DNA of 63,097 bases, the filler included, from Collodictyon triciliatum (taxonomy: Eukaryota), in assembly GCA_043381765.1 (NCBI GenBank). It is 6 parts of 5 records of this genome, joined end to end, with 100 filler letters (N's around TTAATTAATTAA, not from the genome) between each part and the next. Parts side by side here need not be neighbours in the genome. Positions count along the whole stretch, not along the records: positions 24,171 to 42,303 come from JBHJMP010000258.1; 5 more parts are not named here. One strand, 5' to 3'. Below the pieces are notes generated by a model. That model did not search any database and was not told the origin of the DNA. It was given only the letters and a program-made list of their open reading frames with translations. Every line of letters starts with the position of its first letter. Position 1 is the stretch's first letter. The translations under genes and the position numbers were made by a program. Shown one piece after another: positions 26,989 through 40,497 of the stretch.

Positions 26989-28012
26989 TTCATTCATTCA
27001 TTCATTCTCAAAATTATTTCGATTGTGTATTTTTTGCACTAATAGTTATCACAAATTGTTGTGTTGAATAGGTTGACCCCACTCGAACAATAAGTGCTGG
27101 GAAAGTGGAGATAGGTGCATTCCGAACTTACCCAGAGGGTTACATCCCACCCGATGCTGGACCGTCTGAATACCAGACAATACCGAGCAACAAAATTGAA
27201 GACTTTGGTGTCCACTCGAAAAAATACTACAGCTTGGACATAAAATATTACAAATCATCTTTGGACACACATCTCTTAGATATCCTGTGGAACAAGTACT
27301 GGGTTAACACTCTGGCCTCATCCCCGCTCCTCACGGTTGATATTATGTTATTTTGAGATAATGATATTGTAAACAGTCTAAAATGCAATCTTTTAGACGA
27401 GTAATTTTGGCGACCATGTGAGTATAATCGAATAATCAATTACGCTAAAAAAAAAAAAAAATCATGGGAAATGCAGAATCGTGACCACTTCGCAGGACAA
27501 TTGGCTGATTTGGCCTTGAAAGTAGAACAAGCTGAGGCTCAGGTACTTTATCAAAACGATCTAAGCATCGGAAGACGTCTCGGCGTAGTTTTGTGAATTT
27601 ACGAATATTTGGTTCGTGTAATTTTTTGATTCACCTTTATCTTAATATGATTTTGGCAAGTTTGCACAAACCATGAGAATCTCTGGCTATTCACTCCCTG
27701 AAAAAAAAACTGAGGGGCCAATCGCGAGAATAACAAGAGACAGGTGAAAATGATATTATTGAAGCTTTCATTAATTGATTCTTATATTTATTTTTGGGTC
27801 TTCATATGGAGTCAGAGAGAGGCATGTAAATTGTCTGATTTCAATTATATATTGCTCTAGATATCGCTCATTGCATATCAATTTTGTTATAAAAAAACCA
27901 TCGACAAAAATATTCATAATATAGTTCGAAGGTTGCATTGGAGCAGCTTCAAGCCTTATTGGTTTCTCTTGGAAAAGATGTTGCGTTCAGTGGGTGCTGT
28001 GGAAGAAAATAA
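25861..28012 (+). CDS. COPS5: COP9 signalosome subunit 5 (JAMM deneddylase), 8 exons
   Basis: [41 protein letters not shown]...[16 protein letters not shown]...|[18 protein letters not shown]...|[21 protein letters not shown]...[15 protein letters not shown]...[10 protein letters not shown]; the JAMM motif HxHx7SxxD is intact. Confidence 0.97.
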
Positions 28013-28203
28013 AACATTTTCCTCAAAGCAGAGAAAGAAAAGTTGCAATTAAATCCTGAGCTTCATACCCGTCCTTTCAAATGTGTCGATTGGTTATTCG
28101 AGGTGGTGCTTTTATCTTTTTGATACATATTGGTTGGTAACGAGCAGAAATACTTTGTGTGATGTGAGTATTTGTATTTGTATCACCCTGGTGTTTTTTT
28201 TCT

Positions 28204-29846
28204 TTATTCTGTTTGGGAGTATTTTTGGGCACGAAGCTCGATTTCGTCTGCCACAAGAGAAGAGCTTGCCTTTTGGTCCATAAATTGTGGGAGTAAATAT
28301 TAGTACCTGATTAATATCCATACATTTTTGATAAAAAAAAAAAAAATCATATGAAAAGTAAATGGGGATGTAAGTTGATGTTAATTTGCCAAATTCGACA
28401 CAAGCAGCTGCATGAGGGGGAAAAAAAAAGCAACTTTATATTGAATGTTAGCAGTACCTGTGCTATGATGAAAAATAATGGTCCGACATAAGGCGTATAA
28501 ACTAATGCCATAAAGGGAATGATAAATCCCAAGAGGAGCCAGATATTCCTGCGAATGATTTGGTCCTCTATAGCGCATGAGACGTTTAATCTTGTCGATA
28601 CGTTGGAAGATTGCATGTTTAGACTTCATATTCTTAGGTTCGTTTTGTATGCAGGTAAAACTTCTTTCATGTTAAATGGAATAATTAATTATCTTTCTTG
28701 CAACTGCTTCTATTGTGATTATTATTGTTATTATTATCGATATATCACCCTTTTCACTACTTACTTCACAAAGTATATGTCGAAAAGCTCGCGACACATC
28801 ATCTTCAATGCCAAACAGAGCTTCATGAATATATATATATATGTGCAGAGTGTATTCGTCATGGTTAGTTCCAAGAAAGAAGAAGAAAAAAACTGCTATT
28901 TGGGCCACATAGATTTTGGTTGTCCATGGGAAACTGGGAAGGGTACCTCCAAAATGTAGTGCGGAGTAATGTGAGTGTACGAGATTATGAATCCTAGTAC
29001 AATAGCGTAAGCAGGCGGATTCATCCCCCATTGCTTCACTATAAATACTATGTGAAGAGATGAAGCCAAGTTTGCTCCGACGTAAGGAAGGAACCCGATA
29101 AGCCACACTGATATTGACTGTGAGTAAAGGCGGCACATTCTATAGACGATCTGCTTTAAATCCCTAGCCATTTAAATTCAAATTACGCACAAGGTATTCC
29201 ACAAGTGAGAATGAAAATGAATTCAAAAGTTAGAATCAGTCTACACCATTCAGATTTGCGAGTGAATAGATTACCAATAATTAGACTCATCAGAACTGCT
29301 TACAATTTGATGCATTTTCGGATTTATGCTTATTTTGGATAGTTGATCGTACATTTTATTGCCTATCGGCCCTCTGAAAAAAAGAGTATCACACAAATAC
29401 ACATCTTATGGTTGTTATTATTATATTTTTTTTTAAAAAAAAAGAAGATATTATTGATGAAAAAAGTTTGAAAAGGAAGTGGAAGAATGTATAGTTTGTA
29501 TCCTTTCTTATATAGACTGATTCATTCGAATTGATAGGGCAAGGTGATGACAAACCCAACATGCTGGACAAGAGATATAGTTATTAAAGTCAGTAGAAGA
29601 ACCAGGTTATGCGCAAAGTCATCGAGGCGTCTGGTTACAGACAAGAAAGAAGTTCCAAGGACAAGGTCCAGAGCCACCAGAATTATTTGCAGCGGTAAAA
29701 GGGCGATATGGGATATGCCCATGATGAGAATCGAAGATGCAAAAAGGAATAGCACAGACTTGACAAGGATCTCCTGTATCTGTTGGACACAATCGGTCAC
29801 TCTGCTGCTTGCCATACGAAGTATACTCGGTATTTTGAAGGAAGGA

Positions 29847-29937
<91 letters not shown>

Positions 29938-30067
29938 GAAGGAAGAAAGAAAGAAAGTAAAAGAGGAAAACCTCGACATTCTGGGCGCACATCCACACTC
30001 CTTTGCAGGCCAGGAACCCCCCGTGGGCCGCGTCCCGTATGATGCACCCGAGTTGTTTGGAATTCAT
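28204..30067 (-). CDS. Multi-pass membrane protein, EI24/UsgS-like, ~7 exons
   Basis: The spliced product contains several TM segments and the C-terminal pattern MMCRELFDIYF...LLLGFIIPFMALVYTPYVGPLFFIIAQ|ASSLVA, resembling the fungal UsgS/EI24 superfamily. Confidence 0.65.
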
Positions 30068-30480
30068 CTTGCAGAGCTTGTACTCTGACTTAGCTTCTGA
30101 CACTGCTCCAGAGATGAAGCACAGAAGGGATAACAAAGACTAATTCGTATATACATTTGTGGAATTTATAATCCCTCATCTAAAACTAATTATCCATTCC
30201 ATTTAATTACCTATCATTAAAATATATCTATAATCACATATAAATCAAACAGTAATATGTTTAGGAATAAAGGCGTTTCTTGTCTTAGAATTCCTTCTTC
30301 GTTCCAAGAAGTTATGGAGCCCCACTTTCAACTCACACCTTGATAGCAACATTGATGCGCGCAAAAACCGACAGCAGCCAGGCGAGGGTTAGAAGTCGAA
30401 GTTGAACCGAGAATGTGGGAGAGAAGCTGAGGCAATGCCCACATCATACTAGCAAGACATCGACAGGTCGAGGTAGCCAG

Positions 30481-32293
30481 ATGGGTCTCGATTTCGACTA
30501 CCAGTTCACGCGTCCGTGGTTGGAGCTTTACTATGTGCGTCTGCCTGCGCCACCAGTCAAAGTCTACGAGCTCGCCCCAATCGAGCTTCTCCCAGACGAC
30601 GTGCTTGAACAGGCACTTTCGCCATTTTACATCTTGTACACTATAATCCTTCCCTTCGCTTTTCTTAACATATGGAAGAAAAGCATCGTCTTTTTTCTCT
30701 CACAAACCCTGCTCGTCAATTTATTTATTATTATATATTAGTATGTATGATTTATTTTCTTGAAGGTTTTCTGCTCGACTCAGCCATTGTGTGCTCTCGT
30801 TTATCCAAAGATTTACTCGCATGCTATGGCGCAGTGACTGAACAAAAAACGGAACAGGTTTTCAACTACCTAGACGTCCACTCACTCGTGAGGATGATGG
30901 GTGTGTGTAGAAAATGGAGCGCTGTCGGAAAAATGAATCGGCTATGGAGACCCTTCTGCCTGAAGGTGTGCCTATCACATCCCTTTTTACAAATGAAAGA
31001 AAATCTAAGTTTGCGTTCAGATAATATATAATTATTCCTGGCTCGTACTTTCTCTCCAATATATATAGTACCTACCATTTTTTGTTATAAAACCACAGAA
31101 CTCTTTTTCTATCAAATTATTTGCTCCATGTATGCAACCATAATTAATACATAGAATCATATGTATCGCAGGCGTGGAGATTTGAGCCTGTCGATAGCCT
31201 AGAAGATCTTGTGATGTCAAAGTATAATACAAACTGGAGAAAAATGTATATCGAGCGCCCTCGTATCCGATTCGAAGGCATCTACATATCCAAGAATTCG
31301 TACGTCCGTACATGTATGTCTCTTTCAAATTAGTAATTGTAATAGTTAAAAAAAAAAGTAGAGGTGGAGATGTAATGTTATGTGTTAGGTTTTATATTTT
31401 GGCCATGTTTATGATTTTTTCCCTTTATTATAATTAAGAATAGAGAACTTTACTTTGAATCGAATAAAGGGAAAAAATAGTAGAGAACTTTGAATGCTAA
31501 ACTGCCTGACAATAGCGCCAGAGGGAAGAGCATATTCTTCTGTGATGTTGGTGTCGTATTTCCGATACCTCCGTTTCTATGAGGACGGTAAAGTGTTGTC
31601 CCTTATAACCCCAGATAAACCAGACCAGGTAGCTAGACATTATATATAGAAATTTTTCGATTGGTCTGTGAAATGATGTCATTATAACCATAACAAATGT
31701 AAATGCCAACGGGCAGAGACGGAATTCATACTATTGATTCTCTAAACAAGATAATATTTGCGGAAGAAACTCGTATCCATTCTATGGATTTTGCATTACT
31801 ATTAATAATATTATTACATGATTGTACCATCTCACATAAAGCATTATATAATCTCACAAGGTCTACAAAAAGATACGTGTAAACTCAAAATTGAATGGAT
31901 TGTGTGAGGTATTGCTACGTACAAATTCATAGTTTACATACTACATTTCCATGTGTAAAATACAATCCTCTTTGGTCAGTTGGCGCACTACCGACCCGAA
32001 AACGATATCTCTCCTTCTTTAACCCATGAAGTGTTTATTAGACAAAATAATAATAATCCTTGCAAAATCTATATAAACCAATTAAGGGACATTACACACT
32101 GATGGACCGAACAGTTGAAGTATACGCCACACAAAGACTAGAGACGCATCCAAATATGCGGCCATATATGACTCTCTGTGTTCTACAGCTGGGCAGCACA
32201 GTTAAAGGCGCAAACAACCGGTTGAAACCACAAACCCTGGATATCATGCCCGAAGACGGAGGTCAACCTGTGGCCATTCCAAACATCCCGCAG
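30481..32293 (+). CDS. FBXO9: F-box protein, FBXO9/Hrt3/plant FBP7 type; 3' end lies in the gap
   Basis: RPWLELY...[28 protein letters not shown]...WRPFCLK|AW...[26 protein letters not shown]...[18 protein letters not shown]...GANNRL. The first intron requires a GC donor at 30613. Confidence 0.88.
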
Positions 32294-33002
32294 GTAAGTC
32301 TATAACAATCANNNNNNNNNNNNNNNNNNNNNNNNNNNNNNNNNNNNNNNNNNNNNNNNNNNNNNNNNNNNNNNNNNNNNNNNNNNNNNNNNNNNNNNNN
32401 NNNNNNNNNNNNNNNNNNNNNNNNNNNNNNNNNNNNNNNNNNNNNNNNNNNNNNNNNNNNNNNNNNNNNNNNNNNNNNNNNNNNNNNNNNNNNNNNNNNN
32501 NNNNNNNNNNNNNNNNNNNNNNNNNNNNNNNNNNNNNNNNNNNNNNNNNNNNNNNNNNNNNNNNNNNNNNNNNNNNNNNNNNNNNNNNNNNNNNNNNNNN
32601 NNNNNNNNNNNNNNNNNNNNNNNNNNNNNNNNNNNNNNNNNNNNNNNNNNNNNNNNNNNNNNNNNNNNNNNNNNNNNNNNNNNNNNNNNNNNNNNNNNNN
32701 NNNNNNNNNNNNNNNNNNNNNNNNNNNNNNNNNNNNNNNNNNNNNNNNNNNNNNNNNNNNNNNNNNNNNNNNNNNNNNNNNNNNNNNNNNNNNNNNNNNN
32801 NNNNNNNNNNNNNNNNNNNNNNNNNNNNNNNNNNNNNNNNNNNNNNNNNNNNNNNNNNNNNNNNNNNNNNNNNNNNNNNNNNNNNNNNNNNNNNNNNNNN
32901 NNNNNNNNNNNNNNNNNNNNNNNNNNNNNNNNNNNNNNNNNNNNNNNNNNNNNNNNNNNNNNNNNNNNNNNNNNNNNNNNNNNNNNNNNNNNNNNNNNNN
33001 NN

Positions 33003-35362
33003 GAAGTTGAAGACAGACCCGGCTATGTTGAGGGATGAGTAAGGGTTCGTGAGCGGGCGTCTTTCGTGCAGACTATTATTTTGATTTTGGCTTATGAGGT
33101 ATTGCACATCGCCGCATGATGTGCGTTTCTGTTTTTGGCTTTATGTCGCGGTGGTGGCTTCAATTCGGATTATCATTTAATCCCCGAATAAGATAATAAT
33201 GCGCTTTTGGCTTATCCTTAATATTAGGGGGCTATGCTGATGAAATGTATATGTATATACATTATGGTGACAAATGTTCGGGATATTGCTATACTAACAT
33301 TTCTTTGTTCCCTTGAAGACGTCAATATTCACAAAGGTTAGCGGTACAGCTTGGCGACAAACATCTGGGGAGCGAAGGCTCTGTGAATGTGGGTAATTTA
33401 GAGTTTAGGCACAGTATCTAAATGTCCTTTGTCCTGGTTGTGATTGCTAACTTTGCGGTGTGGGTGAAAAAGCGAAACAAAGTAAAAGAAAAATTCTTAT
33501 GGTCGAGATGACCATTTAGGGCAAAGCAGTATTCAACTTTAGGAAGATTAGCGAAGAACATTTCAGTGTTACCCTGAGGAAGTATGCGTTGGATGAGCCC
33601 ATGACAGTACCAAGGCCAGTAGTGAGGTCCAGAGCAACAGCGGTGGCTTCGTTGACAGCGATGGAGCGTGAGTCCTTGATATACATATAATTTGTTATTA
33701 TTATTTAATTGAATTTATTTGTGCACATTTAGATTGTATGTATGCCCATGATCATTGTAATTGCCAGTGTTGTTTAGGCCTATGATGATATCTTTAGAAT
33801 AGCTGTAGATGAAACAACAGAATTAAAGTGCATGGAAGGGGAGGGGGCGAATGTCTGTGGATTTGCACCTGAACACCATGGTCTTGCATCATACGGGCCA
33901 TAAAAGTGATCAAACGACCCATTCGGTCACGTTCCTGAGGTATAGCGCGCGATATGAAGACCATTAACGTTATATGTGATTATACAATTCGCAGGTATAC
34001 CAAATAGGATAAAGAAGCAGAAGTAAGGCACCAGGGTAAGTCAACGTGGTGATGGGAGTGGCGTTACCTGAAAGTGTGTATCAGTTGTAGCAGCAGCGAG
34101 CGAGCGGATGGACACAAGGGGCTTATCAGACAGAGTCACTCTGTTTATTTTAATAGTCGGGATTAGAAAGATTATGGTGGTTCATTTTTCGAATCTGATA
34201 ATGGATCATGGGAACTCTTGGTTGATGCCTTTTCAGACAATTGGATATTATTTTGTCATATAGCATCTTTCTTCGACCCCTTGAAAATGAAAGGAACAGA
34301 GCAGTAAGACAGAACAAGCACCTGAAATTGTAAGGATTGGACAAGGCCTCATCCGAGTAGACAGTTCCGAACTGGGCAGTGTATACAAACTCTGGCAGCA
34401 CAGCCAAACCAGCGCTACACAAACAAGGATTAAAGCGGCAGAACACTTCAAATGATTTTAATTATATCTTTATATTTTTTTAAAATAATAACAAGTATAA
34501 ATTACAGACCAGGATGCGTACTTGGAGAAGGAGAAGAAGAAGAAAAAGAAAAAGAAAAAGAAAAAGAAAAAGAAAAAGAAAAAGGCAGCAACACTCAGTA
34601 AAGCTAAGTGTGCTTCAACAGATGCTACCGTACAAAGAGAGCAAAGAGAGAAATGGTACCTCGTGCCACCAATGGGCTTCCCGGCGTTCAAATGGTCCTG
34701 CAGAAGCTGCTGGACGGGGGAGTTCGACCAGTACTGCATGTAAAGCCACTGGTCTCCGCCTACAAGACAAAAGAAGCAATAGTGACGATGCTGACCAGGC
34801 GGCCGGATGTGGCGGGACACCCCAAACCTGCCATGAAGATGGCCTCGGCATTCTTGATGCGGTCCAGGACAAAGGAGTCGTAGGAGGCGTTGGCCGTCTT
34901 CCAGACAATTGTTGTGACGGAGTTGACGGGGGCAAGGTCGTAGAGGTACCTGTTGGCTGTGTGAGCGGACATGCGAATGTGTGGATGGGAAAGCATTCAT
35001 ATGCGCCAGAGTGTCTACAAGCGGGCGTGAAGAGAGATGTGGCCAATGCCGAGGCCCACTCACTGGTTGTAGCCGTCCGAGCCCGAGGCGCGGATGATGA
35101 GGACATCGCCTCCGCCGGAGCGGAGAAGGAACCACTTCATGGCCTCGTCCACGTCTGTTCCGCCGCCCGCAAGCAGCGCACCCGCAGAGGTCGGCGTGGT
35201 AATGTCCACGCTGCAGCGGCCGACGCAGTAGTAGTCGTACGTCAGGGCGTTCAGGGCAGCAGCGGCAGCGGCCTCTGGGGCGGCCACGGGCAGGGCGGCC
35301 ACGGCAGAGAGCACAAGGACGGCCGCGAGGAGGGCCGCAGCCAGGGTGGGGGAGCGCAGCAT
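33003..35362 (-). CDS. Secreted cyanophycinase-like serine peptidase (MEROPS S51); 3' end lies in the gap
   Basis: Signal-peptide-like N-terminus; LLAGGGTDVDEAMKWF...GGGDVLIIRASGSDGYN, AEAIFMA|GGDQ, nucleophile motif GGTS|AG, DTHFQ|ERDRMGRL, AVNEATA, PDVCRQAVPLTF and GSVFNF; eight in-phase GT-AG introns. Confidence 0.88.
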
Positions 35363-37334
35363 GGTGGGGCCTTTGTGTGCAGACCGGATGTTTTAGTCTT
35401 CTGCTTTCTGCTTCTGTCTTCTGTCTTCATTCTAGGCTGCTTTTTGTTGTGGTAGCTGACTTTGGCTCCCCTCGAGTTCAATTAGGGTTGGGTTTGGTTG
35501 GGCGATTCTGACAGCAATTGCCTTCTGATAGGCTAGACTCTTCGCGACGTTTCTGTGTGCCGCTTGGGCTTATTTTGCACGGGTGCTTTTGTGTGGGGTT
35601 GATAGAGCCTTTGGTGGATAGGATGATCGGTTTTGTGGGAGGGGCTTTCTGGAGGTGGAATGGGCTTCTTTGGAGGAAATTGGTGTTTGTGCGGGCGGCT
35701 TGGTTGAGAGGGTTTATATGGCACTGGACGGGTGTTTGTGGGTTGGCATGGTTTGTTTTCTGCAGGAATTCATAGTATTTTCGAAAAGATAAACAAAGGG
35801 AAAAAGGTTTTGTGCCTGGCCCTTGTTTCGAAGTCTGCCCAAGGCGTTACTTTGTTCTTGTTTTTCTTTTTTCTTCTGATGGTTTTTCTTTTGGTGATAT
35901 CATGATTTCGCCTTTTGAGAGGACGGGAAGTGTGACATGTTTCACTGAATGGGACATTGAGGCAGGCGAAATGGCTATGTTAGCAGGTCGGTGCTCAATG
36001 GCTTTGGGATAGAATGTCATCCCGGCAGGTTTGGTCAGGGCATGTATTCCGCAGTGCCCGTTGGCGTGGTATCCGGTACAGAAGGGCATAATCAGATACA
36101 CTCAAGAATCTGCATCGCGCAAGTGTCCTTTTTTTACTCGCCGGAAAAGCGATGGTTGGGAAAACCTTTGCCGGGCGCTGGGGCCGCTACCCTCATACTA
36201 TATCCAGCTAAAGATAGCCTTTATTCCGTCTCATGTTCGTTCATTCATCCACTCCATATGTGGACACAATTTTCCGAATCTGTAACAATCGCGAATTCTT
36301 TCGGCAGCCGCTTCGAATTCAGCTTTTGTCCCGCAGAGTTGCCTCGGCCTTGTTTGATGCCGAAAAGACTGGCGCTGATTAACAAGTGCAGGAGAAATTG
36401 TATGTGTGTGTTTTTTTTTGTCTTGTTATTATTCATCCCGCGGCAGCACTTGTGCCGGAGAGCGCGAGAAGACGTATGCTACGTGTTGACTAAGCCTAAG
36501 TCCAAGAATAAACCAGCGCAATAGAGTCAAATGGTGACTCTGCATTTCGGTGCGATCGTGATGACGAGGCGTGGCTTTCGTTTTTTTTCTTTTTCTTATA
36601 TATACATATATGTTTTTTTTATCATTATTATTCTTTATTATATTCTGGAATAAAAAAAATGGTCAGGCGAGCAGCATTTTATTTTGAAAATTATCTCGTC
36701 GCTCATCTTCGCTCCTACATGAAAACCTTCTCATGGCCCCGTAAACAAAAACTTGAGAAGGAACCTGCTTTTTTAATACATATGGTTCTAGCATAACCAG
36801 GGCACAAAAATGGAGAAGGGAGAGTGCGACTCTGAAAGGTAAGTTTCAGTTTGGGCCGTTTGATTTGTATCTCGCGATTCTCTTCGTGCTCTAGGTACCT
36901 ATCTCTCCTTTGAGGCACAAATTTATCAATCTTCTCTACCTACCTTGTAGTTTAGAGGCTGTTGATACAAAAAACACACGGGGAGGATTTTTTGAAGAGA
37001 GATGCGCAGTCGTGCCACACTCAGACTCAATCTCTGGGGTGGAAAGCAATCAGCCATACAGTTCGACGTCTTCAGATACAAATGCACACGTTAGTCTAAT
37101 TCTCTGTGGATGCACTTAATTTGAATCAGATATCACCGATATCATGTCCTTTTTTTCTCTCTGTTGTTAATCCATGTGAGTCTGTATAAAAAAAAAAACA
37201 AGGCGTTTTTTTTTTTTTTGGTTTATCTTTATGAACTGGATTGGTTAGTGTCAAAAAAATGGTAATCATAAACAAAATAGAAACTCGTGTTAGATGTGCA
37301 TACTGATAGGAACGAGCCCCCAGGTTCGTCAAAG

Positions 37335-40300
37335 ATGGAGGTCACACAATTGCAAATTCAGGTATGGCAGCACCCTCTTTCCTTTCTTTTTCTTTTCTTT
37401 TGACAATCTGCATGAAAATACCTCTAATTGGATGACATAGTATAATACTGCGATTCAGCTTTGGACTCCTTATCGATTAATTGGCTTAAAATGGTGTATA
37501 GCTTCAAGAAGCCCTCAGCCGAATCAAAATTCTTGAGACAAATCAACGTGAATTAGAAACTATTCGCTCTCGTCTATCAGAGGAGTTACAAAAGTCTCTT
37601 CGCCTTGTGCAGTCCAAGGAAATTGCATGCAGTGAAAGGATTCAACAAGTGGAACAAAGGGTTATCTTCTCGCATATCATTTAATATCCATCAATATGAC
37701 TCGTTTTAAATCATATCTCATTAATCCTTATTTCAAGTAACCATAGGTTCAGTTTAATATATATACTCTTAAAATGTACATCTTTCAGTTACTCCTATAT
37801 TAATATTTTGATTTTTTTTTATCGATCTAGCTGATGCAAACGCTATTGGAGTCGGAGGTAATTGGTCCCAACCCCCTTTTNNNNNNNNNNNNNNNNNNNN
37901 NNNNNNNNNNNNNNNNNNNNNNNNNNNNNNNNNNNNNNNNNNNNNNNNNNNNNNNNNNNNNNNNNNNNNNNNNNNNNNNNNNNNNNNNNNNNNNNNNNNN
38001 NNNNNNNNNNNNNNNNNNNNNNNNNNNNNNNNNNNNNNNNNNNNNNNNNNNNNNNNNNNNNNNNNNNNNNNNNNNNNNNNNNNNNNNNNNNNNNNNNNNN
38101 NNNNNNNNNNNNNNNNNNNNNNNNNNNNNNNNNNNNNNNNNNNNNNNNNNNNNNNNNNNNNNNNNNNNNNNNNNNNNNNNNNNNNNNNNNNNNNNNNNNN
38201 NNNNNNNNNNNNNNNNNNNNNNNNNNNNNNNNNNNNNNNNNNNNNNNNNNNNNNNNNNNNNNNNNNNNNNNNNNNNNNNNNNNNNNNNNNNNNNNNNNNN
38301 AGGGTTTGCTGGTTCAGCCTCATCCTTTTCGTGCTTTATAATTATCTCCGTCAAGTTAGGGATGGAGCAACAATCAGTCTTTCACATATACCAATTGCAT
38401 TCTTATTAGTTTATTTATTTGTTTAATTATTTTATGTGTATGGATGATTCAAAAATATGAATAGGATTCATATTCATCCTATTCTGACATCCGAGGATTG
38501 GCAGATTTGAAGGAAAAGACTGACACAACACCAGTCCTCAGCGCGTTACAATCCAAAATACAAGACGTAGACTCCTTACCAAAGTCTGTGCAAGACAAAA
38601 AGAAAGAAATCACATCGCCAAATGTGGTATATTACACTATGATTCGTTTAATGATCACTCATGCACAATTTTTAATTATCATATCCCTATAACTCAGAGA
38701 AAAATTAATCGGCCTTCCTTTCATATATCAGCTATTCTATGATATCAGTTGGCTGATAATTATCCCTTCTCTCCTTTTTTTTTTTTTTTGGCGTATTTAT
38801 ACTATTCTGCCTAATAAATGGACATATACTTGCTAATCTTTATTAGGGAAGTATCCCATTAGTCCACCAAAAGGTCATTGCCGATAGCCGACGCGAGGAG
38901 CGAATCTATGAACTGGAAGCCCTAGTGAAGAAAAAGACTGATGAGATATTTTCACATAAGGAAACCATTCAAAGATTAAAGGACAAAAATGAACAACTTG
39001 CCCAAAAGTTGGCAGGTTATGAAGGAAACCATACTATTACTACCTCTGTATCCACACAAGGCACAATTCAACCTCAAAGTCCTAGTTCAGCTACAAAAAC
39101 CCAGTCGGAATCAACCACGTTAACATCCAAAACCACTTCTGGTATAATAACCCCAAAACCAGGATTTTTACTTTCATCGGAAACAGCATCCCCCTTTAAT
39201 GACTCTGACAGGAAAATATCAAATGGTGTCGAGTATTTCTCCCCATCCTCCTCCCGTTCCTCTTCGCCTACCTCCTCACCAAGTCACTCAATCAGACTTT
39301 CGTCCTCTTTATCAAGCAAAGCTGATTTGGAGTCCAAAGAACTTAAATCATCCGTTCGCCGCTCACTCTTTCGGAGTTCATCGTTGGACCGAGGAAATCC
39401 GAGTGGAGCTCACAGGAATCGTACGAACAAATCGGTGAGCTTCTCATTGCCAGGTTCTGATGACGGAGGGTCTGAAAAATCCTCTTCCTCGGGGACTCAA
39501 GCAACCGCATCTTCTTCGTCACCAGACTCCTCGGAAAGTGATTCACAGTTTGAGTCTCCTTTCGAACCACAAAGACCCCGGATGGGATTGTATCGTGCGT
39601 CATCGGTTAAGCGATTCCCTCGGTCGGTAATGAAGAGCTCAAACTTTATTCCAAAGACAGCAGATTTGTATACCACATCCATCAAATTCGAATCGGTTGC
39701 TGAATCGGTTGGACAAGAGTCAAATCCCAGTACTTCGAATCCCAGTGCGCCCCACAAAACTTTCCCTAAGGAACAGCGATTGAAAGCTGATTTACGCCAA
39801 CAAGCAGAGACTTTCTCGGACACCGCTCTTCAAATCAAGGACTTGGAAATGCCCCTGGAGATCAGCCTTCCTGCAGACACCCCGATAGCCTATTTGACCG
39901 CCCCTCTGGAAATTGCCACGGTGACTCCCACTACAGTATATATCGCACCGCCCGGAAAGCCACCCATGAGGCAGCCTGAGTCAGTCATGTATAAAGCAGC
40001 TGTCCCCATCGCTATGAACTCACCAAGGGCATCAAAGGTGGCTCCCAGCAAAGCTTCGCCGATGCCCGAGCCACAGGACTCATTGCCCCCAAAACAATAC
40101 GCATTTTCAATCGGTCGAGACCCTCTTCATCCCGGTGCTAGTAGGAATGAGGCCGACAAGGATACAAGAGTTTTTCGTCCTGGTTCTGAATATCAGGGTG
40201 AGTTTCTTCCAAAAAAAGGACTATATGATACGAGGGAAAAAATCTTTTTATCTTTATCTTTATATTTATTTTAATTTTTATTTTAATTTTAATTTTAATT

Positions 40301-40440
40301 TTAATTTTAATTTTAATTTTAATTTTAATTTTTATTTTTATTTTTATTTTTATTTTTATTTTTATTTTTATTTTTATTTTTATTTTTATTTTTATTTTTA
40401 TTTTTATTTTTTTTTTTTTTTTTATTTTTTTTTTTTTTTT

Positions 40441-40497
<57 letters not shown>

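Noticed and set aside
25861-32293. CSN5 near an F-box gene as a functional cullin-ligase cluster
   Set aside because: A single adjacency with an unrelated gene in between; compatible with chance.
33003-33038. Plus-strand EVEDRPGYVEG* as the last F-box exon
   Set aside because: The minus strand gives an in-phase acceptor and SGSVFNF, which fits the cyanophycinase C-terminus better.
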